The position numbers and the translations under genes are program-made. Of a DNA stretch of 32,000 bases, positions 17,252 to 25,141 are shown one piece after another. The notes under the pieces are model-generated. The model ran no database searches and was not told the origin of the DNA. It was given only the letters and a program-made list of their open reading frames with translations. The stretch's first letter is position 1; each line of letters opens with the position of its first letter. Origin of the DNA: Geotalea uraniireducens Rf4 (GTDB lineage Bacteria; Desulfobacterota; Desulfuromonadia; Geobacterales; Geobacteraceae); the NCBI RefSeq assembly GCF_000016745.1, contig NC_009483.1:3120001-3152000 (forward strand). Reading direction: 5' to 3'.

Positions 17252-17488
17252 ATTAGATTTCAGCGTTGTCCGGTTTGGTTTGTGCATCAAGGTTGTTAAG
17301 CCCCATTAGGGGCGTTCGAATGTAGCCGGGGGATTCATCCCCCGGATGAGATGCTATATTTCCCCACGTCACGTACGTGACGTGATGATATTTCGCCTGG
17401 ATGACCGGGGAATGAATTCCCCGGCTACCAGTATTCTGTCCCTACGGGACGTAAGCAAAAACCAAACCGGACAACGCTGATTAGATTT
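17252..17488. mobile_element. MITE-like non-coding insert: 219-bp palindromic body (17261..17479) with 25-bp terminal inverted repeats, flanked by a 9-bp direct duplication ATTAGATTT
   Basis: Left TIR is cagcgttgtccggtttggtttgtgc (17261-17285). The right TIR (17455-17479) is its reverse complement with 1 mismatch. ATTAGATTT occurs at 17252-17260 and 17480-17488 in direct orientation. There is no credible ORF inside. Confidence 0.6.
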
Positions 17489-17585
17489 TGACTATGCAAA
17501 ACCGGAAGTGACTTGTCAAACAGTTTACTTGAATTATCGGCAAAAACCCTTTGCATTTTACAAAAAGTTGCGGTTAGTATAAGCG

Positions 17586-17613
17586 GTTGATGGTTGATAG
17601 TCGATGGTGGATG
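17586..17613 (+). repeat. Tandem heptamer array GTTGATG GTTGATA GTCGATG GTGGATG
   Basis: Four contiguous 7-mers of form GTNGATR, read directly. They lie ~45 nt upstream of the lytic transglycosylase start. Confidence 0.7.
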
Positions 17614-17658
17614 GCGCCGACGCAACACCACGCAAAAGCTTTTCCCAAAGGAGTTCCG

Positions 17659-19806
17659 ATGTTTTTCCGCTCGTTTTCCACCATTGCCATGCTGTTGTTC
17701 CTTACCCTGCCGGCTTCGGGAATAAACCTCTACCCGTTACCGGATGATGCGCTCATCAAGGCATCGGCCCACTTCAGGGACAAGGAGTATCAGGCTGCGC
17801 TGGAGGCTGCTTTGTCGGCCCGAAAAGGAGACGCCCGGGAGTTCATGATCGGCATGGCGGCAAGCAGGCTTGAAAAGTGGGAGGAAGCGGCCGACTGCTT
17901 ATCCCGGGCAACCGAAGGCTTCCCGCTTCTCGCGGATTACGCCCTCTATCATCAGGCCCGCGCCCTGAACAAACTCGGCAAACATGCCGAAGCCCTGGTG
18001 CCGCTGCGCAAGGTGCTGAAGAATTATCCAGAGAGTCCACTCGTACGTGGAGCCGCACTGCTCCTTGGCAACACCCTGTATGACAGCGGAGATTACAAAG
18101 GCGCACTCAGCGCCTTCGGCGAATTTATCGAAAAATATCCGGCCGGAGCGGATTCCCTTTCCGCACTCCACAAATCGGCGCTCTGCCGTGAACAACTGGC
18201 GGACATGACCGGCGCTGTTTCCATATTGCGTTCCATCGCCCTGAACTATCCGGCATCGGCTGTGGCCGTCAAAGCCGGTGAAGATCTGGAGCGGGTCGGC
18301 CGAAAAGGGGCCGACATCGCGCCATTCTCCCCTTCCGAACTTCTTCACCAGGGAACCATCCTCTTCGACCTGGGAAAGTACAGCCAGGCGGTAAAGACCT
18401 TCAATGCGGCGCGCCGGCAATCCCCTGACCTTAACGGCGATTTTCTCACCAAGCTGCAATTCAAAACCGGCCAGGCCCTGTTCAAGTCCAGGCATTACAA
18501 GGATGCGGAGCTGGCTTTCAACGAGCTTTTGAAGAAAAACCTGAAAAAAGAGACCAGTGACGATGTCCGATTCTGGCTGGCAAGAACCAATGCAAAAATC
18601 GGCAAAGATGAAGAAGCCTTCAATACATACCTGAAGCTGGCGGAGTCCTCGCCTAAATCCACACTTGCCGACGATGCGCTCCTGGAGGCGGCCTTGATCA
18701 GGAAGTCCCAGAAGAAGTGGGACGCAACGCTGCCGCTCCTCCAGAAATCGTTACACCTTTACCCCGACTCGAACCAGAGCAAGAACGTTATCTGGGAGAT
18801 CGCCTGGGGGAGTTACCAGACCCGCGATTTCAAGACAGCAGCTGAATATTTCAACAAACTGGCCAACCAGGAAAGCACGAGAGAAAAGGCCCTTTACTGG
18901 CGCGGACGGTCCCTGCTCGCCGCAGGGGACCCCAAAAGCGCCCAGGGCTGCTTTTCCGACCTGATGAGCGAATATCCGCTGGGTTACTATGCCCTTGCCT
19001 ACAAAAATGAAGCCGACATCAAGGAGGCGGAAACTACCACCCCAGCCAAAAATCCTGCTGAACTGCTGCCGGTCCCCGCCGGCTTTGAACGGGTAAAGGC
19101 GCTGATAGCCATGGGATTTTACGATGAAGCCTGCAAGGAACTTTACGGCGCCAAAAAGCAGAAATTGCAGCAGGGAATTGCCCGTCTCTACCTGGAAATG
19201 GGCAATTACAACAGCGCCATCAACCTCTTCAGAAAAGAGCGGCTACGCAGATACGACAAGGAGAGCGCGCTTCTCTGGAGCATAAACTACCCCCTCGCAT
19301 TCCAGGAATATGTGGCCCAAAACGCCGCAGCCAACAACTTGCAGGAAAGCCTTATCTACTCCATCATCCGCGCGGAGAGCACGTTTTCTCCAACCGCCCT
19401 CTCACCTGCAGGGGCGGTCGGGCTCATGCAGCTCATGCCCGCCACCGCCGCCGCCATCGAAAAAGGGGGAGCCGCCACCTTCGACACCAACCATCTCACC
19501 CGGCCGGAACTGAACATCCGTTACGGCGCAAAGCACCTAAAGGACCTCTTGTCCCTCCACAACGGCAACCTGGTGCTGGCCATCGCCTCGTACAACGCCG
19601 GCTCCGGCAATGTGGGCCGCTGGCAGAAAAGATTCGGCGACTTGCCCCGGGAAGAGTTCATAGAAAGCATCCCCTTCGGCGAAACCAGGGAATACGTGAA
19701 AAAGGTGCTGGCCGGAATCGAAATTTATCAGCGTTTTTACAACCTGGGGAACAAAGCCTCCGACAAAACGGCGCCTAGCTCACCGCCAAAATCACCACCC
19801 GTTTAA
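17659..19806 (+). CDS. Soluble lytic murein transglycosylase (TPR-rich N-terminal region + SLT domain), secreted
   Basis: C-terminal SLT catalytic motif IIRAESTFSPTALSPAGAVGLMQLMPATA...SYNAG. Start set at ATG 17659 (MFFRSFSTIAMLLFLTLPASG, a signal peptide), preceded by AAAGGAG. The track start at 17587 adds a non-signal extension. Confidence 0.88.
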   Translation: MFFRSFSTIAMLLFLTLPASGINLYPLPDDALIKASAHFRDKEYQAALEAALSARKGDAREFMIGMAASRLEKWEEAADCLSRATEGFPLLADYALYHQARALNKLGKHAEALVPLRKVLKNYPESPLVRGAALLLGNTLYDSGDYKGALSAFGEFIEKYPAGADSLSALHKSALCREQLADMTGAVSILRSIALNYPASAVAVKAGEDLERVGRKGADIAPFSPSELLHQGTILFDLGKYSQAVKTFNAARRQSPDLNGDFLTKLQFKTGQALFKSRHYKDAELAFNELLKKNLKKETSDDVRFWLARTNAKIGKDEEAFNTYLKLAESSPKSTLADDALLEAALIRKSQKKWDATLPLLQKSLHLYPDSNQSKNVIWEIAWGSYQTRDFKTAAEYFNKLANQESTREKALYWRGRSLLAAGDPKSAQGCFSDLMSEYPLGYYALAYKNEADIKEAETTTPAKNPAELLPVPAGFERVKALIAMGFYDEACKELYGAKKQKLQQGIARLYLEMGNYNSAINLFRKERLRRYDKESALLWSINYPLAFQEYVAQNAAANNLQESLIYSIIRAESTFSPTALSPAGAVGLMQLMPATAAAIEKGGAATFDTNHLTRPELNIRYGAKHLKDLLSLHNGNLVLAIASYNAGSGNVGRWQKRFGDLPREEFIESIPFGETREYVKKVLAGIEIYQRFYNLGNKASDKTAPSSPPKSPPV

Positions 19807-19833
19807 AACCTTATCTTGTTCCGGTTCTGATAC

Positions 19834-19861
19834 TGCAAAGCCTGTTTCTACAGGTTTTGCA
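19834..19861 (+). terminator. Stem-loop after the transglycosylase gene (possible intrinsic terminator)
   Basis: tgcaaagcctg-tttcta-caggttttgca forms an 11-bp stem with one G.U pair, 28 nt after the stop. Only a weak U tract (ccttt) follows. Confidence 0.4.
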
Positions 19862-20090
19862 CCTTTCAGGCAACAGGGTTGAAGAGACCGTTTCACATTT
19901 AAACCGACCAGCCGATACCCTCTCTTTCGATTTTTTTCATTCCGTTCCTTTCCTTTTTCTTTTTATATGCTAATCTTTCGCCAATTAATTTTAGTTCATC
20001 ACAATGCCTCCCGATCAGCATGACTGCGGGTCAGGGCGGTTCCTAAACATGTAAGCACTTAAGCAGGATAGGAACTGTCCATTAAAATAA

Positions 20091-21908
20091 ATGATAAATA
20101 GAGCTTTACGGGAATCATATCGATGTCTCCCCCTGATGGGCCGGGGACTCAGTCTAGTCTGGCGTGCAGCGCGGGGCTGGACCGTCGCCTGGGGCATTCT
20201 TCTCCTTTTCCAGGGTGTAGCGCCGGCCGCGCTTGTCTACCTGACCAAGATCACGGTGGATCGTTTGTCGGCGGCACTGGCCGGGCACGCGCCTCTGGAC
20301 GCCTTTTTATCGGTATGGCCCCCCATCGCGTCCATCGCCCTTCTCTGGATCGCCAGCCAACTCCTGACCAGCCTCATGACCTGGGTGCGGACAGCCCAGG
20401 CGGAACTGGTGCAGGATCAGATCCACAACCTTATTCACACCCAGGCACTTTCACTCGACCTGTCGTTCTACGAGAATCCCGGCTCCTACGACCTGCTGCA
20501 CCGGGCACGGGTAGACGCCATCACCCAGCCGATAGCCCTTTTGGAAAGTCTCGGCACACTCATCCAGAACGGGCTGACACTTGTCGTCCTGGCTTTTATG
20601 CTGGCAGCCTACACGCCTTGGCTACCCGTTCTGCTCATCGGCAGCGCTCTGCCGGGACTCTGGACCGTCGGCCGCTATGTCCTGCGCGAGCACCAGTGGC
20701 GCATCAGCAATACCGCCAATGAACGCCGCATTCGCTATTACGACTGGATGCTGACGGATCGGGGGAGTGCGGCGGAGATGCGCCTCTTCGATCTTGGCGA
20801 GCACCATCGAGGCGCGTTTCAGCGGCTGCGCTCCCGGCTACGCTTAGGCCGCCTCGCCCTTGCACGCGAGGGGATGAAGGCGGAGCTGGCGGCAGGGACG
20901 ATCGCCTGGCTCGGCGGCCTGGCCGGCATGGTCTGGATGCTCATCCGCGCTGCCAGGGGGCTTGCACGGCTCGGCGACCTGGTGCTCTGCTACCAGGCAT
21001 TCCAGCAGGGACAAAAGCTGCTCAGGTCCCTTTTTGAAAGTACTGGCCGAATCTACCGAAGCACCCTCTTCATGGACAATCTCTTTCAATTCCTGGCGCT
21101 CTCGCCGCAACTCGACGAGGCACCCGATCCAAGACCTGTGCCTGTGCCGCTGAGGGAGGGTGTCCGTTTCGCCGGGGTCACGTTCCGTTATCCCGGCAGC
21201 GAGCGGAACGCCCTGAACGATTTCAATCTTACCCTCCCTGCAGGCCGGGTAACGGCCGTCGTCGGCCACAACGGCGCCGGCAAAAGCACCCTGGTCAAAC
21301 TTCTCTGCCGCTTGTACGATCCGCAGGAGGGAAAAATCCTCCTGGATGGCGCAGAGTTGCGGGATCTGGGACTGGCGGAGCTGCGAAAAGGAATCACTGT
21401 CCTTTTCCAGGAACCGGTTCGCTATCACGCCACCGCCGCAGAGAACATCGCCATGGGGGACCTGGCGTCGAGCCCTGATGCCGAGCGTATCCAGGCAGCG
21501 GCCCGGGCAGCTGGAGCCGCTCTCCCCATCGAGCGTTTGCCGCAAGGGTATGAAGCGGTCCTGGGAAAATGGTTCGGCGGTGCGGAACTGAGTGTCGGCG
21601 AATGGCAGCGGGTTGCACTGGCCCGGGCTTTTCTCCGCAACGCCGCCATCATCGCCCTGGACGAACCGACCAGCGCCATGGATTCGTGGGCCGAATCCGA
21701 CTGGCTGGGCAGATTCCGGGAACTGACGGAAGGACGTACAGCAGTGATGATCACCCATAGATTCACCACCGCCATGCATGCCGACATGATCCACGTCATG
21801 GAAGAGGGACGGATTACGGAATCCGGCACCCATGCCCAACTGGTCGCCGCCGGAGGTCGTTACGCCGATTCATGGCTGACGCAGATGCGGGAGGCGACAA
21901 ATGGCTGA
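20091..21908 (+). CDS. Fused ABC exporter (6-TM permease + ATPase), no peptidase domain
   Basis: 605 aa. N-terminal hydrophobic half. Walker A GHNGAGKST, variant signature LSVGEWQR, Walker B IIALDEPTSAMD, H-loop ITHR. No SD precedes ATG 20091. An in-frame stop lies immediately upstream, so the start is this ATG or a later one. Confidence 0.88.
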   Translation: MINRALRESYRCLPLMGRGLSLVWRAARGWTVAWGILLLFQGVAPAALVYLTKITVDRLSAALAGHAPLDAFLSVWPPIASIALLWIASQLLTSLMTWVRTAQAELVQDQIHNLIHTQALSLDLSFYENPGSYDLLHRARVDAITQPIALLESLGTLIQNGLTLVVLAFMLAAYTPWLPVLLIGSALPGLWTVGRYVLREHQWRISNTANERRIRYYDWMLTDRGSAAEMRLFDLGEHHRGAFQRLRSRLRLGRLALAREGMKAELAAGTIAWLGGLAGMVWMLIRAARGLARLGDLVLCYQAFQQGQKLLRSLFESTGRIYRSTLFMDNLFQFLALSPQLDEAPDPRPVPVPLREGVRFAGVTFRYPGSERNALNDFNLTLPAGRVTAVVGHNGAGKSTLVKLLCRLYDPQEGKILLDGAELRDLGLAELRKGITVLFQEPVRYHATAAENIAMGDLASSPDAERIQAAARAAGAALPIERLPQGYEAVLGKWFGGAELSVGEWQRVALARAFLRNAAIIALDEPTSAMDSWAESDWLGRFRELTEGRTAVMITHRFTTAMHADMIHVMEEGRITESGTHAQLVAAGGRYADSWLTQMREATNG

Positions 21909-23100
21909 CATGTCAAAACCGGAGTCGCTGCCGTCGTTTCCCGGTCATTTCCGACTCTCCCCGGAATTCCGGCTGCTCGCGGCGTGTTCCTGGGTCGCCC
22001 CGTCATCGCTGGAGCAGGACCAGGCGGAGAAGATCGTCTCCCTTTGCAATGAGTGCACAGACTGGGGCGCATTTACCGCTCTGGTCAACCGACATGAGGT
22101 GTCGGCACTGGTTTACGCTGCTTTGCGGAAGCATGCGGACAACCGCTTTCCCAACAACGTAAGGGAAAAACTGAAGGGTCGAAGCGAGCAAGTGCGTAGA
22201 CAGGCGCTTCTTCATGCGGCGGAACTGGTTCGATTGATCAGGAAGTTTGCCGGTCACGGCATCGAAGTGCTCCCGTTGAAAGGGGTGATGCTGTCGTTGC
22301 AGTTGTTCGGCGATCCGGGAATGAGGCACTCGCGGGACATGGATCTGATGGTCAAGCTGGAAGATCTCGACCGGACCGACCGTCTCCTCGAAGCAGAGGG
22401 GTATCGACGCATCTTTCCGGGAACCGGGATGACGGCGAGGCAACGAAGGTATCTCGTATCGAAAAATTACCACTATGAATATCTGCACGAAAGGCTCGGG
22501 TTGCATCTGGAACTTCACTGGCGCTGCGAGTTGTGGACGCCGGAGCAGTCCGAAGAGCTCTGGGGCCAATGCCGGCCGGTCGACTGGATGGGGGTCCGCA
22601 TCAAATGTCCGGCTGAAGATGCCCTGCTGCTGTTTCTCTCTGATCACGGGGCGCGCCACAAATGGATGCGTCTCAAGTGGCTGGGCGACGTCGCCATGCT
22701 GCTGTCCCGGCAGCGGCCCGCCGAGTGCGACGATCTGCTCGCCATTGCCCGCAGGCTCGACCTGACGCTCATTCTGGCACAGACCGCCCTTCTTACGCAC
22801 TGGTTATACGGAATCAGGTTGTCCGAACCATTGCTCACCTTGATCATCCGGGAAAAATCCGCCTTCGCCCTGGCAACAGAAGCTCTCGACGCCATGCTCG
22901 GTGCCGAGGGGTATAGATTTCTGAATGGTTTGAGAGATATGCGGTATAGCATGTGTCTGAAAAAGACCATATCCCATTACACCGCCTTGAAGCGCCTGCT
23001 GATATCCCCTACGGACTTCGAGGAATTCCCACTGCCGGACAGTCTGTTCTGGCTCTATTATCCGCTGCGGCCGATCCTCTGGATCAAGCGGCACATCTGA
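21901..23100 (+). CDS. Uncharacterised nucleotidyltransferase family protein (NTP_transf_5 / PF14907-like)
   Basis: 399 aa. N-terminal LLAACS...DWGAFTALVNRHEVSALVY region and the core GIEVLPLKGVMLSLQLFGDPGMRHSRDMDLMV (hhLKG...R..xDhDhhV), recognised from memory of the family. Its start overlaps the ABC gene stop by 8 nt. Confidence 0.7.
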   Translation: MADMSKPESLPSFPGHFRLSPEFRLLAACSWVAPSSLEQDQAEKIVSLCNECTDWGAFTALVNRHEVSALVYAALRKHADNRFPNNVREKLKGRSEQVRRQALLHAAELVRLIRKFAGHGIEVLPLKGVMLSLQLFGDPGMRHSRDMDLMVKLEDLDRTDRLLEAEGYRRIFPGTGMTARQRRYLVSKNYHYEYLHERLGLHLELHWRCELWTPEQSEELWGQCRPVDWMGVRIKCPAEDALLLFLSDHGARHKWMRLKWLGDVAMLLSRQRPAECDDLLAIARRLDLTLILAQTALLTHWLYGIRLSEPLLTLIIREKSAFALATEALDAMLGAEGYRFLNGLRDMRYSMCLKKTISHYTALKRLLISPTDFEEFPLPDSLFWLYYPLRPILWIKRHI

Positions 23101-23196
23101 AAAACAGCGTTCGCGCAACTGTCAGCGCACATTACTTCCCAGCCTCAATACCTCATAGACGGTTCTCAGCATGCATTTCCAGCGACCAAACAAACA

Positions 23197-23226
23197 TTGA
23201 CAGCATACTGACTAAATCTGTATAGT
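23197..23226 (+). promoter_or_regulatory. Candidate sigma70 promoter of the marR-efflux operon
   Basis: TTGACA (23197-23202), 18-nt spacer, TATAGT (23221-23226). It lies 32 nt upstream of the marR ATG. Confidence 0.5.
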
Positions 23227-23257
23227 TTATAAAAATCACGCTGTTCGGGACGTTCTT

Positions 23258-23671
23258 ATGATAGACATCGGGAAAAGTGTCGGTTTTTTGCTGGCAAAGG
23301 CCTACCAGAGAGCCTGCGCCATCTTCAAGGAAGAATTCGAGGGGCACGACCTGACCCCCCAGCAGTTCGGCCTGCTCGGTTTCCTGTGGCAGGAGGACGG
23401 CCTCTCCCAGGCCGAGCTTTCCACCAGGAGCCAGATAGACCGCACCACCATGGGGGGGCTCATCGACCGGCTGGAAAAGGAAGGGCTGGTAAAGCGCCTC
23501 GCCGACCCCGACGACCGTCGCGCGTACCGCATCTGCCTCACCGGCAAGGGCAAATCCCTGGAAGACGAACTGTGCGCCATTGCCGTGCGGTCGCAGAGCC
23601 GGTTCACCGCCGCGCTTACAGAGGATGAACTGGAAACGTTAAAAGAGCTTCTGCAGAAACTCCGCAGCTGA
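23258..23671 (+). CDS. MarR-family transcriptional regulator
   Basis: 137 aa. Winged-HTH signature LTPQQFGLLGFL...LSQAELS...DRTTMGGLIDRLEKEGLVKR..DPDDRRAYRICLT.KG. Confidence 0.88.
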   Translation: MIDIGKSVGFLLAKAYQRACAIFKEEFEGHDLTPQQFGLLGFLWQEDGLSQAELSTRSQIDRTTMGGLIDRLEKEGLVKRLADPDDRRAYRICLTGKGKSLEDELCAIAVRSQSRFTAALTEDELETLKELLQKLRS

Positions 23672-23684
23672 CCTGGAGAATTCA

Positions 23685-24956
23685 ATGTACAGAATCGTTT
23701 GTTTTGCAACAGCACTGACCATATTTTCCGTCGGGGCCGCACAAGCCTCTCCCCTGACCCTGCGTGACTGCCTGGCCAGGGCCGCAGCAGCCAATACCGT
23801 CCTGAAAGTGGCGTCCCACGACGAAAAGATCGCCGCAGAAAATATCGCAATTGCTGAAAGCGGTTATCTCCCCCGGGTCGATTTCCAGGCCGGATATGTG
23901 GCTCAACAGGAACCGCAGTCAGTGAAAATAGGTCCTACGGCGATACCGACACAGGAAACGAATTTCGGCTTTGCCAACCTCTCGATCTACGAAACGCTCT
24001 ATGATTTCGGCCGCACCGCGTCCCGCCGCGAACAGGCGTTCCTTGCCAGGGAAGCCATCCTCCACGGCTATCGCGGCCAGGAACAGGATGTTTTCCTCCA
24101 GGTCGTGCAGGCGTACTACGGCATCCTCGAAGGGCAGAAATTCCTCTTTACCGCGGAAGAAGAGGTCAAGCAGACGACCGATCACCAGCGGATGGCGCAA
24201 ACCCTTTACGAACAGGGGGTTGTTACACGCAACGACCTTCTCCAGGCACAGGTGAAACTTGCCAACAGCAAGCAAAGAAGGCTTGCAGCTGCGAACAACC
24301 TGGAAAACGGCTGGCTCTATCTCAACTTCCTCACCGGCCAGCCGGCCGGCTACCGCGATGAACTGCAAGAGCCCGTTGCACGCGAAGAAGCCGCCGAATT
24401 GGACATGATGATGGAAATAGCGTTGCGTAAGCGCCCTGAGATCGCAGCATTGAAAAAATTCGTTCAGGCTGACGAGGCCGCAGTCAAGGAAAGCAAAAGC
24501 AACTACTATCCCGAGCTGTTCGCCAAACTCGCCCTTGACTATGCGCAAAACGACAAGGTCCAGGAACAGACCATCATGTCGGCCACCATCGGTTTCAAGA
24601 TCAACCTCTTCGACGGCCTTGCCACAACCTCACGCCAGCGGCAGGCCTTGAAGGTCAAGACAAGGGAAGAGGAAAGACTCCGAAGCCTTACGGCAAACAT
24701 CAGGCTTGAGCTGCAAACGGCCCTCAATGATCTCAAGGTTGCGGGAGAACGGATTGCCGTAACTGAAAAAGCGATCCAGCAGAGTGAAGAAAACCTGCGG
24801 ATCAACAATGACCGGTATCTGGAAAAAGTAGGCACGGCCACCGAAGTGATCGACGCCCAGACCCTCCTGACCCAGACCAGGACGGAATATTCCAGCGCCG
24901 TCTTCGATTATCAGGTGGCGGCGGCGCGGGTCAAAAGATCCATCGGTGAACTGTGA
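23685..24956 (+). CDS. TolC-like outer-membrane efflux protein (OMF family)
   Basis: 423 aa. Signal peptide MYRIVCFATALTIFSVGAAQA, then two OEP repeats with the typical TLRDCLARA start and coiled-coil heptads. SD GGAGA precedes the start. Confidence 0.88.
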   Translation: MYRIVCFATALTIFSVGAAQASPLTLRDCLARAAAANTVLKVASHDEKIAAENIAIAESGYLPRVDFQAGYVAQQEPQSVKIGPTAIPTQETNFGFANLSIYETLYDFGRTASRREQAFLAREAILHGYRGQEQDVFLQVVQAYYGILEGQKFLFTAEEEVKQTTDHQRMAQTLYEQGVVTRNDLLQAQVKLANSKQRRLAAANNLENGWLYLNFLTGQPAGYRDELQEPVAREEAAELDMMMEIALRKRPEIAALKKFVQADEAAVKESKSNYYPELFAKLALDYAQNDKVQEQTIMSATIGFKINLFDGLATTSRQRQALKVKTREEERLRSLTANIRLELQTALNDLKVAGERIAVTEKAIQQSEENLRINNDRYLEKVGTATEVIDAQTLLTQTRTEYSSAVFDYQVAAARVKRSIGEL

Positions 24957-25141
24957 AAATATCGTAACTATTCAACACCGATTGCTAACTCCCCCTGTCC
25001 CCCTCTTAGCTTAAGAGGGGGGACGTGAAAATCGGCTTCGTCTGGGACTTCCGATACGGCGACAACGTTGCGTCCCTCCCCTTAGCTTAAGGGGAGGACA
25101 GGTGGGGTTATAAGCAGTAAGCTGAATAGTTACAAAATATC
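24956..25141. mobile_element. MITE-like non-coding insert: 170-bp palindromic body (24964..25133) with 11-bp perfect terminal inverted repeats, flanked by an 8-bp direct duplication AAAATATC
   Basis: TIRs gtaactattca (24964-24974) and tgaatagttac (25123-25133). AAAATATC occurs at 24956-24963 and 25134-25141 in direct orientation. Inside are two mutually inverted hairpin units, gtccccctctta-gct-taagagggggac and cctcccctta-gct-taaggggagg. Confidence 0.6.

Noticed and set aside
17300-17345. tRNA-like string ggggcgttcgaatgtagccggggg (resembles a T-arm GGTTCGAAT motif)
   Set aside because: No acceptor stem, D-arm or anticodon arm can be drawn around it. It is part of the symmetric palindromic insert.
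17425-17631. 68-aa minus-strand ORF in the rnr-transglycosylase spacer
   Set aside because: It starts in the tandem heptamer array and ends inside the MITE-like element. It has no SD and a low-complexity product.
20004-20054. 16-codon plus-strand ORF MPPDQHDCGSGRFLNM just upstream of the ABC exporter, considered as a RiPP precursor
   Set aside because: It has no Shine-Dalgarno and no leader/core architecture, and it is far shorter than known lasso or other RiPP precursors. It cannot be distinguished from chance. The overlapping 60-aa minus ORF 20015..20197 is likewise unsupported.
20013-23215. Short shared strings (tcagcatg / cagcatNactg) on both sides of the ABC-nucleotidyltransferase pair, considered as att-like island borders
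   Set aside because: Only 8-11 bp match imperfectly, at non-equivalent distances from the genes. No integrase or tRNA is nearby. The evidence is insufficient to call an island boundary.
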